NCBI GenBank assembly: GCA_963822585.1
Contig: CAWGIE010000047.1
Coordinates: forward strand, 145,896 to 209,895
Direction of reading: 5' to 3'
DNA from: an uncultured bacterium
GTDB lineage: Bacteria; Auribacterota; Erginobacteria; Erginobacterales; Erginobacteraceae
DNA: 64,000 bases
Below are positions 9,285 to 19,218 of the stretch, piece after piece. The notes under the pieces are model-generated. The model made no database searches, was not told the origin of the DNA, and saw nothing but the letters and a program-made list of their open reading frames with translations. A program made the position numbers and the translations under genes. Each line of letters opens with the position of its first letter. The first letter of the stretch is position 1.

Positions 9285-10232
9285 TCACGCTTCCGGCCCC
9301 CCGGATCGCGCCGCGCGCACGGCCGTTACTTCTCCGGGTTCCAGGGGATATCCATACCCGCAGTTGCGGCATAAATCCAGTTCAAAAATTCCTTTTCTGA
9401 GCGCACTTCTCGCCCGGACGAAGGCGGCCTTTTGCCAGATGTCCCGGAGGTGTTCGGTGACGACATTCCCATAGACGGGGTCTTCTCTCCATTGCCGGGC
9501 GCAGAGCAGAATGTTTCCCCGGAAATTAATCGCCATTATCGTTTCGGGAAAAACGCAGGTCCGGCATAAGTTTTCCACGCTGACGCACTCCCGCAGGGGA
9601 ACCAGTCCGGAACGGTTGTTGAACCTCTCCAGCCCCCGGATCTTTTTATAATTCGGATCATGAAAATGGAGTTTCTTCCGGTCGTTTTCATCAAGCCGGC
9701 GGTAGGTGGCAATCGCTTGCTTGGGCGCGTCAATCTGGTAGCGATCGTCGCGTATCGTGTAGTGATCCGAAACATCGATCATATCGACGCCGGCGGCAAT
9801 CAGCTCCCGGAATTTTACACCCGTAAGGAGGTCCCCATTGGTCAGTATCGCCACCCGGGATTTGGGCAGGTGATCTTTAGCGTAGGCGACGAAGGCCGCC
9901 AGCCGGTCATCGAGGAGCGGCTCGCTCCAGGGAGCGAAGATAATCAGGCCGCGATAATCGAGATCGCGCAGGTCGCCGATGATTTTACGAAACACGCTCT
10001 CGGGCATCAGATGGCTGCCGCGGTCGTTCCAGAAATGAGGACAGTAAGGGCAGGCGCGATTGCAGGCGGTGGTATTCTCGATCGCGACGGAGGATCCCAG
10101 CGTTTTGTGATTGTAATACAGCTCCCGGAGAAAGCCGCTCTTGTCCTTCAGGTATTTCAGCCATCCGATTTTTCTGATCGGACGGCTGTTGATGAGCGCG
10201 GATATTATTTTGTCAGAGAAAGATCGGATCAT
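9285..10232 (-). CDS. Radical SAM/SPASM(twitch) domain protein
   Basis: CNRACPYC; C-terminal C..P...I.F.G....C...GNV...L.DIW...CRNC. Confidence 0.85.
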   Translation of the reverse strand: MIRSFSDKIISALINSRPIRKIGWLKYLKDKSGFLRELYYNHKTLGSSVAIENTTACNRACPYCPHFWNDRGSHLMPESVFRKIIGDLRDLDYRGLIIFAPWSEPLLDDRLAAFVAYAKDHLPKSRVAILTNGDLLTGVKFRELIAAGVDMIDVSDHYTIRDDRYQIDAPKQAIATYRRLDENDRKKLHFHDPNYKKIRGLERFNNRSGLVPLRECVSVENLCRTCVFPETIMAINFRGNILLCARQWREDPVYGNVVTEHLRDIWQKAAFVRARSALRKGIFELDLCRNCGYGYPLEPGEVTAVRAARSGGPEA

Positions 10233-10424
10233 TATTCGGCGGCCGCGGGACAGATAAACAGGATCACCGCGAGCATTTTTTCATGGTCAACAGTTGCTTG
10301 ATTAAGGTAGCATCCGGAGAGGTAGTATAACAAATGTGGCCGGGGGTCCAATGATTATCGGTGTGGGCCGCCGGCAGCCGTTGACAGAACGAGAGAGTCG
10401 GAGCATTCCCAACCGGAGGGACCG

Positions 10425-11840
10425 ATGAAACAGCAGAAAACCAACAGGCGCCGGCCGGCCGGAGTGTCCCTGGCCCTGGCGATCTGGGCCGTCTTCTTCG
10501 GGATCGTCATTATCCTGAATGTGAAAACCTTCCCGGAGCCTTTCTCGGCGTCCCGCGCGGCGGCGGTCGGGATCGCGGCCGTCGGATTATTCGTTCTGCT
10601 CGCTTTCGCGCGCGGAAAAAAATGGGCGCGGAGCACGTTCCTGTCCCTGGGTTTAATAGGCTGCGCGATCACTCTCTGGGCGATCTTGCTCGGGTGGCTG
10701 CGCCATCAGCCCATCCCCGTCGGTGTTCTGGCCGCCCTGGCGGCCGCCCTGATATCCGTCCTGCTGGTGGTTTCGAGAAGCGCCCGGAGGTACTGTGCGC
10801 CTCCGGCCATACGGGAGCTGACTTCGACGGTTCTTGTCCGCCAGCCCGGCGCGGTGAGGAGTGCCGCGGCCGGCGTTTCGCCGGCACCGGGTCCCCGCCG
10901 GAAGAGATGGCTTTTCCTGATCCCGGTCGTCCTCCTGCTGGGCGCGGCATTGTTCTATCTCTGGGGCGAGATGAGGGGCGGCGGAAGCGCCGCGCTGGAA
11001 GACGAAGCCCTGCTCTCCACCCTCCAGCAGGCGGGAAACCGCGTAAACAGGCCGGCATCCTCCCCAACTCTGGCGGACGATTTGCGGCAGGGGATCGAGT
11101 TCTATGAAAAGAAAGCCTGGGCGCAGGCGGTACCGTTATTATGGCGCGCCAGCCGGGCGGATCCCGGCAACGCCGAGGTCTTCTTTTATCTGGGAGAGAG
11201 CCTGGGCAGCCTGAAGGGGATGGCGGAAGAGGAGCAGTATGTCCGCACGGCGATCGGTCTCAGCCCGTTTCAATGGCGGTTTCACGGCATCTACGGCAGC
11301 AGCAGTTATTTTGTCCGGCAGGACGCCCGGGCGCAGCGGGAGTATCGGATTTTACGGGAACTCGACCCGGCCCGCGGGGCCGAGTATCAGACATGGCTGC
11401 AGACAAACAAGCGGCGGGAGCCGATTATCGTCCAGGGGCGGTTTTATATCAAACAAGCGGCCTATTTCTTCAGAAAACTGCTGCCAACGGTCCCGACCCG
11501 GCCGGATCTGGAGGACGCGGCCTATCGTCTGGGTTTGAGAAAGGTAACGGGCGCGGACGTGCTGATGTACCTGACCGCGATCGGGGCTGACAGCCGGGAC
11601 GCCCGGGCTCATTTTATGCTGGGATACCTGTATTACCGGCGAGGGGAGATGGGGAAAAGCATTTCGTACTTCCAGAAGGCCGAGAGCCTGGGATTCACGG
11701 ACCGGGCGCTCTACTACTGGCTCGGACTGGCGTACCTCGAGAAGGGGGATCCCTGGCAGGCGCTGATTCATTACGAGTATTTAAAAAAGGGGAGAAATCC
11801 CCTGGCCGCTGATTTATTCGCGCGGCTTTATCCGGTGTAA
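10425..11840 (+). CDS. Membrane protein with C-terminal TPR repeats
   Basis: Five hydrophobic helices; TPR-like AHFMLGYLYYRRGE and LYYWLGLAYLEKGD. Confidence 0.75.
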   Translation: MKQQKTNRRRPAGVSLALAIWAVFFGIVIILNVKTFPEPFSASRAAAVGIAAVGLFVLLAFARGKKWARSTFLSLGLIGCAITLWAILLGWLRHQPIPVGVLAALAAALISVLLVVSRSARRYCAPPAIRELTSTVLVRQPGAVRSAAAGVSPAPGPRRKRWLFLIPVVLLLGAALFYLWGEMRGGGSAALEDEALLSTLQQAGNRVNRPASSPTLADDLRQGIEFYEKKAWAQAVPLLWRASRADPGNAEVFFYLGESLGSLKGMAEEEQYVRTAIGLSPFQWRFHGIYGSSSYFVRQDARAQREYRILRELDPARGAEYQTWLQTNKRREPIIVQGRFYIKQAAYFFRKLLPTVPTRPDLEDAAYRLGLRKVTGADVLMYLTAIGADSRDARAHFMLGYLYYRRGEMGKSISYFQKAESLGFTDRALYYWLGLAYLEKGDPWQALIHYEYLKKGRNPLAADLFARLYPV

Positions 11841-11865
11841 GGGGATGCACCCGGGAGGAGGATTC

Positions 11866-12627
11866 ATGCCGATCGGACCCTTTTCATCACTGATGATTTT
11901 GAAATCCCCGGCACTCGCCATCCCGGCGGTCGCCGCGGCCCTGGCGGTGCTGGCCGCGGTGATGGCGGGCTGCCGCTCCGACCCGCCGGCGCCTCCTCCG
12001 GAAGAACGCCCGTCCGCCCGGGCGGCCTATCCGGCGCACTGGTGGGCGGCAGTCTCTCCGGAGGGCGCTCCCGAATGGGAAATTCTGCCCGCGGAGGCCG
12101 GCCCCGGCGAAGTGATCCTCTCCAAGCGCAACGAGCTGGGCCTGCTTTCCAACTTCGCCCCGACGCCGTTTGTCTTCCGCGGCCGGCATTACGCCAGCCT
12201 GGAAGGCTTCTGGCAGATGATGAAGTATCCCGAGAACGACGAAGACCCCCGGGCGCGGTTTCCCGGGCTGGTCTGGGAGCACACGCGGGAGCAGGTGGCG
12301 CAGATGACCGGATTCGAGGCGAAGGAAGCGGGAAACGCGGCCGGCCGGAACATGGAGAAGATGGGCATCGACTGGGTCACCTTCGAGGGTGAACGGATGG
12401 AGTACCGTCCCGCCGTGCCGGGGAGACAGTACCAGCTGATCGAGGCGGCGACGCGGGAGAAGGTGCGGCAGAACCCCGAGGTCGGGGAGGTGCTCCTCTC
12501 CACGGGCGACCTGATCCTGAAGCCCGATCATCACCAGGAGCCCGATCCTCCCGCCGCCTGGCGGTACTACGACATCCTCACCCGGATCCGCTCGGAGCTG
12601 CGGCGGGAAGAAGAGAAGAAGCCCTGA
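11866..12627 (+). CDS. NADAR (YbiA/RibX-like) domain putative lipoprotein
   Basis: GGAGGAGG RBS; lipobox-like VMAGC; LSNFAPTPF...YASLEGFWQMMK...KVRQNPEVGEVLLSTGD. Confidence 0.7.
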   Translation: MPIGPFSSLMILKSPALAIPAVAAALAVLAAVMAGCRSDPPAPPPEERPSARAAYPAHWWAAVSPEGAPEWEILPAEAGPGEVILSKRNELGLLSNFAPTPFVFRGRHYASLEGFWQMMKYPENDEDPRARFPGLVWEHTREQVAQMTGFEAKEAGNAAGRNMEKMGIDWVTFEGERMEYRPAVPGRQYQLIEAATREKVRQNPEVGEVLLSTGDLILKPDHHQEPDPPAAWRYYDILTRIRSELRREEEKKP

Positions 12628-12645
12628 GAGTATTCGCTTATGCGC

Positions 12646-12833
12646 GCACGGACAGGAATGTCTGTGATGGAGCAGTGTTAAGGGTTAAGTGATAAGTGAT
12701 AAGAGGCCCGCGCGCTGCCGCGCTGGAAATTTTTACATAATAAATGAGCGAGCAAAGCTCGCTCATTTAACACAGACAGGAATGTCTGTGCTACCTTGGC
12801 TGACCCCCACACAGACAGGAATGTCTGTGCTAC
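12646..12833. repeat. Composite REP/heptamer/palindrome module (copy 2)
   Basis: REP at 12646, TAAG(G/T)G(T/A) heptamers, TAAATGAGCGAGCAAAGCTCGCTCATTTA, REPs at 12771 and 12810; ends 1 nt from the permease stop codon. Confidence 0.85.
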
Positions 12834-12834
12834 C

Positions 12835-13944
12835 CTAATACAGACGATGGCGGAAGAGCCATCCGGCGACAGCCAGGGTGACCAGGCCGATCACGGCCAT
12901 GGGCCAGTACTGGGGCAGGAGCAGGCCGGGAGAAGCCCCCTGGAGAAAGACGCCGCGCAGGATCACCAGGAAGTAGCGCAGGGGGTTGAGCAGGGTCAGC
13001 TTCTGGACCAGTGCGGGCATGTTGGCGATGGGGGTGGCAAACCCGGAGAGAATAATGGAGGGGACCAGGAAGAGGAACGCGCCCAGCATTCCCTGCTGCT
13101 GGGTGACCGCGATCGAGGAGATCATCAGCCCCACCCCGATGGCGGAGAGAAGAAAGAGGAAAAGACCGCCATAGAGGGCGAGGAGGCTTCCCCGGAGGGG
13201 AAGGTGAAACCAGGCGACGGCCATGAAGATAATGAAACTCCCCTCGATGGTCCCGATGATAAAACCGGGCAGGGCTTTGCCGAGCAGGATCTCGCCCGGG
13301 CGCAGGGGGGTGACCAGGAGCTGATCGAAGGTCCCCATCTCCCGTTCCTGGGCGACGGAGAGCGAGGTGACGAGCAGGGTCACCACCAGGGTGAGGAGAC
13401 CGACGACCCCGGGGACGATGAACCAGCGGCTTTCCAGATTGGGGTTGAACCAGTTCCGGATCGTGAGAACGGCGGGGGGCGGGGGATCGCCGGCGGCGGC
13501 GATCCGGTCCAGGTTGAACCGGAGCACGATGTTCCTTAAGTATCCGAGCGCGATCATGGCCGTGTTGGAATCGCGTCCGTCGATAACGGCCTGGATTTGA
13601 GCGGGGCGTTTGAGGAGGAGGTCGCGGGTGAAATACGGGCCGAGATGGAGGACCAGGAGCGCCTTTTTCGAGTCGATCAGGGGGGCGATCTGGCCGTCGG
13701 CGGTCACCCGGGCGACCTGCTGAAAGGTCGGCGAACCCTTCAGGGCGGAGAGAAAATCCCGGCCGCCGGCGCCGGGGTCTTCGTTATAGACGGCATAGGG
13801 AACGTGGTTCAGATCGTAGGTGGCGGCGTAGCTGAAGATCAGGAGCTGAACGATCGGGGGGACGATCAGCACCACCCTCCTTTTCTTGTCCTTGAGAAGG
13901 GCCCGGAATTCCTTGATCATGAGAGCGATGATTCTGCGAACCAT
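12835..13944 (-). CDS. ABC-2 exporter permease (YbhR-like)
   Basis: KEFRALLKD...WFNPNL...EREMGTFDQLLVTP...LSGFATPIANMP. Confidence 0.9.
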   Translation of the reverse strand: MVRRIIALMIKEFRALLKDKKRRVVLIVPPIVQLLIFSYAATYDLNHVPYAVYNEDPGAGGRDFLSALKGSPTFQQVARVTADGQIAPLIDSKKALLVLHLGPYFTRDLLLKRPAQIQAVIDGRDSNTAMIALGYLRNIVLRFNLDRIAAAGDPPPPAVLTIRNWFNPNLESRWFIVPGVVGLLTLVVTLLVTSLSVAQEREMGTFDQLLVTPLRPGEILLGKALPGFIIGTIEGSFIIFMAVAWFHLPLRGSLLALYGGLFLFLLSAIGVGLMISSIAVTQQQGMLGAFLFLVPSIILSGFATPIANMPALVQKLTLLNPLRYFLVILRGVFLQGASPGLLLPQYWPMAVIGLVTLAVAGWLFRHRLY

Positions 13945-13953
13945 GTGAATCTC

Positions 13954-15108
13954 CTATTGCAGCCGTTTGCGGGTCCGCTTCCGGACCAGAAAGAAGAGGA
14001 CCCCCATGATGGCCAGCAGGGCCAGGGAATCGGGGATAATGACCGACGCCACGTCCCCGGCCAGAAAGACCGTCTGCAGGATGGAGACGAAATAGCGGGC
14101 GGCCATGAGATGGGTGAGCCACTGGATCGGTTGGGGCATGGAGCCGATGTCGAAGATGAAACCGGAAAGGATAAAGGCCGGCAGGTAGGTCACGATAATG
14201 GCCACCTGCCCGGCGACGAACTGATTTTTGGCCGCGGTGGAGATCAGGAGACCCATGCCCAGGGCGGTGAGGAGAAAAAGGGCCGAGGTCCCGAAGAGAA
14301 CCGCCAGGGAACCCTGCAGGGGGACCCGGAAGAGCCAGACCGCCATCCCCACCGAGAGCGCCATCCCTCCCATGCCGAGCAGGAAGTAGGGGATCAATTT
14401 CCCGAGCAGAAACTCCCCGGCGGAGACGGGGGTGACCATGAGCGCCTCCATGGTTCCCCGTTCCCACTCCCGGGCCACCACCATGGCCGTGAGCAGAGCG
14501 CCGATCAGGGTCATGATAATGGCGATCAGGCCGGGAACCAGGAAATCCCGGCTCCTCAGCTCCGGGTTGAACCAGACCCGCTGCTCCAGGACCGCGGGCA
14601 TCTCCAGGGGGCGGCCATCGGCGGCGGCGGATTGGCCGAGCCAGTTGATCCAGGCGCCCTGCAGGTAGCCCCCGATAATCCGGGCGGTGTTGGCGTCGGC
14701 GCCGTTGATGAGCACCCCGATGGGGGCGGCCCCCGTAGTGTAGAGGTCCCGGGCGAAGTTCTCCCGCAGCCAGACGATGCCGTCCACGCGTCCCCGCAGC
14801 AGGGCTTCTTCCGCCGGCCGGATGCCGGCAAAAGGGACCGGGTGGAAATACGGCGACCGGGCGAAGGCGGCGGTAAAGCTCGCCGTCCGGGCGGAGGGTT
14901 CTTCCACCACCAGGGCCAGGGGAACGTTTTTGGCGTCGAGGGAGACCCCGTAGCCGAAGATCAGGAGCAGGATCAGGGGGAGGACGAAAGCGATGGCGAT
15001 GCTCGAGGGATCGCGCCCGATCTGGAGAAACTCCTTGCGCACGATCGCGCGCAGGCGGCGAAGAGCGCCCCGGCGGCGGGGAGGCCCGGATTCCCGCGTT
15101 CTTCTCAC
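13954..15108 (-). CDS. ABC-2 exporter permease (YbhS-like)
   Basis: KEFLQIGRDPSS...REWERGTMEALMVTP...LSGFIFDIGSMP. Confidence 0.9.
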   Translation of the reverse strand: MRRTRESGPPRRRGALRRLRAIVRKEFLQIGRDPSSIAIAFVLPLILLLIFGYGVSLDAKNVPLALVVEEPSARTASFTAAFARSPYFHPVPFAGIRPAEEALLRGRVDGIVWLRENFARDLYTTGAAPIGVLINGADANTARIIGGYLQGAWINWLGQSAAADGRPLEMPAVLEQRVWFNPELRSRDFLVPGLIAIIMTLIGALLTAMVVAREWERGTMEALMVTPVSAGEFLLGKLIPYFLLGMGGMALSVGMAVWLFRVPLQGSLAVLFGTSALFLLTALGMGLLISTAAKNQFVAGQVAIIVTYLPAFILSGFIFDIGSMPQPIQWLTHLMAARYFVSILQTVFLAGDVASVIIPDSLALLAIMGVLFFLVRKRTRKRLQ

Positions 15109-16882
15109 CGCGCCTCCTCCGCCGCCTCATTGCCGCGGGCTTCGATGAGATCGATGAAGACCTCTTCCATGGTGGGGTCGGGGTTTTCGGGGCACCGGCA
15201 GGCGGCCTTCATCTCCGCGGGGGTTCCCTCGGCCAGGATCTCCCCCCGGGACATGATCGCCAGCCGGTCGCAGTACTCGGCCTCTTCCAAAAAGTGGGTG
15301 GTGACCAGGACGGTGACGCCCCTTTCGGCGAGACCGTTGATGCGGTGCCAGAACTCCCGCCGGGCCAGGGGATCGACGCCGGAGGTGGGTTCGTCCAAAA
15401 AGAGGATCTCGGGGAAGTGCATCAGGGCCGCGGCCAAAGAGAGGCGCTGCTGATAACCGAGGGAGAGTTCGCCGCTGGCGGTCTCGGCGAAGGGGACGAG
15501 TTCGAACTCCTCCAGCACCCGGCGCAGCCGCTCGCGCTGGGTCTGGCCGGAGAGCCCGTAGGCGCTGCTGAAGAACATGAGGTTTTCCCGGACCGAGAGG
15601 CCGAGATAGAGGGAGAAGCGCTGGGCCATGTAGCCGATGCGGGCCCGGGCCTTGGCCGCGGCCCGGCGCAGGTCCTTCCCGGCGACCTCGAGGTGTCCGC
15701 CCGAGGGCGGCAGCAGGCCGCAGAGCATCCGGAAGGTGGTGGACTTGCCGGCGCCGTTGGCCCCCAGGAGCCCGAAAACCTCGCCGCGCGCGACGTCGAA
15801 ACTGATCCCGTTAACGGCGCAGAAATCGCCGAAGCGGCGGGTCACGTCCCGGACCGTGATCGCCGGGCCGTCTTTGGCCGCCCGGTGGACGGGGGATGTC
15901 TCTCCGGGCGGGGGCGGGAGAGTGTCGGGTTTCTTTTTCAGGAGGGCGACGAAGCTGTCTTCGAATCGGGGGGGACGGCGGTCACCTTCACCCCCTCCGG
16001 GTTGTCCAGCCGGCCGGCGAGGTCCGGGACCTCCGCCTTTTCCGTGATCGCCCGCACGCCTTCCCCCTGGATGACGGCGTCCAGGACCCCGGGGGCCCGG
16101 CTGACCCGTTCCTGCAAGTCCCGTTTCCCGATCCCGGCGGCGGTGACCCGGAAGACGCGTCCCGCCATCCGCCGGCTGAAGGAACCGGGGCTCCCCCGGT
16201 CCAGTACCTTTCCCTCATGGAGCAGGATAACTTCCCGGCAATGGGCGGCCTCGTCGAGGTAGGCGGTGCTGAGGAGGACGCTCATCTCCTCCCGGTCGAC
16301 CAGCTGCCGGATGATCGCCCACAGTTCCCGGCGCGAAACCGGGTCCAGGCCGGTGGTGGGCTCGTCCAGGAGGAGAAAACGGGGAGGGGTGACCAGGGTA
16401 CAGGCCAACCCCAGTTTCTGTTTCATCCCGCCGGACAGCCTCCCCGCCAGCCGGCCGGTGAACGGCGCCAGGCCGGTCATGCGCAGCAGTTCCCGGTAGC
16501 GTCCCGCCTGCTCGGAGGGGGCCAGACCGCGGAGATCGGCATAGAGATCGAGGTTCTCCCCCACCGTGAGGTCCTCGTAGAGCCCGAAGTGCTGGGGCAT
16601 ATAGCCGATGACGGATTGGACCGCCCGGGGGTCCCGGAGGACATCGATCCCCTGAACGGTCAGGGACCCGCTCTCGGGGACGAGGAGCCCGGCGATCAGC
16701 CGCATCAGGGTCGTTTTCCCGGCCCCGTCCGGGCCGATGAGACCGGTGATGGTCCCGGGGCGCTGGGAGAAGGAAACCCCGTCCAGGGCCTTCACCGGGC
16801 GCTTCCGGACGCGGAAGGTCATGCTGATCCCCTCGACCGATAAAATGGGGGGTCCCGCCCGCGGATCGGCCGATCCGTCCAC
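15105..16882 (-). CDS. Dual-NBD ABC ATPase (YbhF-like), frameshifted in a G7 tract at 15968-15974
   Basis: Two Walker A motifs (GPDGAGKT, GANGAGKS); one extra base in the tract restores VPPRFEDSFVALL and joins the two ORFs. Confidence 0.85.
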
Positions 16883-16883
16883 C

Positions 16884-17915
16884 TTACTTCTCCTTGCCGG
16901 GACCGGGGACCGAAGAAGGCGGCGGCTGGTCCCGGGGGATGGTGACGGTGGCGGGCATCCCCAGGCGGACTTCGTTGCCGGGATCGCGGAGATAGACCCT
17001 CACCTGATAGACCAGACGGCTGCGCAGCTCGGGCGTCTGCACCTCTTTGGGGGTGAACTCGGCGGTGGGGGAGATATAGCCGATCCAGCCCGGGTAGACC
17101 TTGCCCGGGAAACTGTCGGTGGTGACCTCGGCTTTCATCCCCGGGTGGATCTTTCCGAGATCCGTCTCCGGGATATAAGCCCGCACCCAGACCGGATCGG
17201 TGAGGGCCAGGGTGTAGACGGGTGTCTGAGGGGTGACCATGTCGCCCGGCTCGAGGATCCGGTTGCGGACCACGGCCCCGGTGGGGGAATAAAGCCGGGT
17301 GTCGGCGAGCTCGCTTTGGGCCAGCGCCAGGGCGGCTTCATCCGCCTCGAGCCGGGCCCGGGCGGCGGCGATGTCTTCCTCCCGCGGGCCCTCGATGGCC
17401 AGGTTTAACGCCTGCTGGAGGGCGTCGCGGTTTCCGAGGGCCGCTTTGAAGGCGGCGGTGGCGTTGTCGGCTTCCTGTTGGGAGATCAGATCTTTGCCAA
17501 TCAGGCTCTGTTTCCGCCGGTTGGTCAGGTCGGCGTCCCGCAAGGTCGCCTCGGCCGATGCGAGCCGGGCTCTATCCTCGGCGATCTCCGCCGGCCGGGA
17601 CCCGGCCAGGAGGCGGGCCAGGACCTGCTGCTGCGAAGCGACCTGGGCCGCGGCCCGGTCGGCGTCGGCTTGATAACGGACCGGATCCAGTTCGGCCATC
17701 AGCTGGCCCGCTTTGACGGAATCCCCCTCCCGGACCAGCAGGCTCTGGATCCGTCCCGTGGCGTGAAAGGCGAGCAGGACTTCCCTGATGTCCACGTTCC
17801 CGTAAAGCGTCAGTTCGTCGGCCGCCCGGTCGCGGGCCGGCCGGTAATGATAGACGATCGCGGCGCCGATGACGATCAGGATCAGCGCCGGCGGCAGTAT
17901 CTTTTTTCTTTTCAT
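16884..17915 (-). CDS. HlyD-family membrane fusion protein (YbhG-like)
   Basis: LYGNVDIREV...VREGDSVKAGQ...ISPTAEFTPKEVQT...LGMPATV. Confidence 0.9.
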   Translation of the reverse strand: MKRKKILPPALILIVIGAAIVYHYRPARDRAADELTLYGNVDIREVLLAFHATGRIQSLLVREGDSVKAGQLMAELDPVRYQADADRAAAQVASQQQVLARLLAGSRPAEIAEDRARLASAEATLRDADLTNRRKQSLIGKDLISQQEADNATAAFKAALGNRDALQQALNLAIEGPREEDIAAARARLEADEAALALAQSELADTRLYSPTGAVVRNRILEPGDMVTPQTPVYTLALTDPVWVRAYIPETDLGKIHPGMKAEVTTDSFPGKVYPGWIGYISPTAEFTPKEVQTPELRSRLVYQVRVYLRDPGNEVRLGMPATVTIPRDQPPPSSVPGPGKEK

Positions 17916-18163
17916 ATGATCACGTTATAAAGAGGACCCTTGTTCGCCGGGACGTAACCCGACTTTCGCGATCGGAACCGCCGACCAACTGTTTTCGGCA
18001 TCCCGGCTGACGGAGACAGTGTACTAAAAAGACCGGATTTTTCAAAGCGCTTATGTCCGGATCTCGTTTGTAATGATTCGCGATTAATGCTAACCTTGCG
18101 CATGCTCAAACAGCCGGCTTCGCCGGTTTTCCGGGAACAGTTTTCATCCAAGGAACTTCGGGA

Positions 18164-18859
18164 ATGATGCAGACGAAAAAAGAGACACTCGGATCCATTG
18201 TGAAACTGAATCTGAGCCGAATCCCCTGGCGGGATTTTCTCCTGGGGATGTTCCTTCCCATGATCATCATCGAGATCGGCTCGTGGCTGGGCGCCCCGTT
18301 GCTGAGCGCGTACATCTCGCTGGGCGCCGTGGCCCTGGCCGCCGTCGGGATTTACGTCTTCACGGGCGCGGTTAGCATTTTCCCCCTCATGACCTTCTTG
18401 ATGCTGGGGACCCAAATCATCGCCGGGTTCCTGGCCCCGCGGCATCCCTTTTTCGTCCTCATCCCCTCCCTGGACAATGTGGCGCTCGGCCTGATTTTCA
18501 TCGGCTCGATGCTGCGGCCGCGGCCGTTCATCATGTCCCTGATCGGCAAGGCGACCATCGGGCGCACCGAGGCCCTATACGGCAAGAGCAAATATTTCTT
18601 CAAGGCCTGGTTCGATATCAACATCATCTGGGGGTTGTTCTTCGTGATCGAGGGGGTGCTGATAAGTTACCTCATGATCCTGCACCGCGGCGGCGGCAGG
18701 GTGCTGGATTTTCTTTTCGGCTGGCCGACCGTGCTCGCGCTGCTCTATATCAGCGTGGACTACCCCCGCCGGTACTGGTCCCGGCATTGGGTGAAGATGC
18801 AGGCGGAGATCGCAGCCGCCGAGCAATACGAGAACCGGCCGACGCCGGGAAAAAACTGA
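18164..18859 (+). CDS. Multi-pass membrane protein of unknown function
   Basis: About six hydrophobic segments; GS.L...P.I...WG motif pattern. Confidence 0.65.
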   Translation: MMQTKKETLGSIVKLNLSRIPWRDFLLGMFLPMIIIEIGSWLGAPLLSAYISLGAVALAAVGIYVFTGAVSIFPLMTFLMLGTQIIAGFLAPRHPFFVLIPSLDNVALGLIFIGSMLRPRPFIMSLIGKATIGRTEALYGKSKYFFKAWFDINIIWGLFFVIEGVLISYLMILHRGGGRVLDFLFGWPTVLALLYISVDYPRRYWSRHWVKMQAEIAAAEQYENRPTPGKN

Positions 18860-19035
18860 ACGTTCAACGTCGAACTTCCAACGTCGAACAGCGCCCCCCT
18901 CACCCGATCGAGCTTTGCTCCCTTCGACAAGCTCAGGATCTATGACGATCGCCCTCTCCCCCGGAGGGGAGAGGGAAATTTTCCCGGGAAAAGATTGAAC
19001 GTTTAACTTTCAACGCTCAACTTTCAACGCTCAAT
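18853..19035. repeat. Composite module: AACGTTC heptamers + CCCCTCACCC...CCTTCGACAAGCTCAGG...CCCTCTCCC/GGGAGAGG + heptamers
   Basis: Near-identical direct copy at 22703-22935. Confidence 0.85.
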
Positions 19036-19068
19036 GCTCCCCGATAGCCATTGGCGTGCGCCTCTGGT

Positions 19069-19218
19069 GCACAGACAGGAATGTCTGTGATGAAGAAGTG
19101 TAAAGTGTTAAGTGTAAAGTGTAAAGGGAGCCCGCTCACTGCCGCTCTTGAAATTCCTGAATAGTAAATGAGCGAGCAAAGCTCGCTCATTTAACACAGA
19201 CAGGAATGTCTGTGTTGC
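19069..19218. repeat. Composite REP/heptamer/palindrome module (copy 3)
   Basis: REP at 19070, GTGTAAA heptamers, palindrome at about 19165-19193, REP at 19195 abutting the stop at 19219. Confidence 0.85.
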
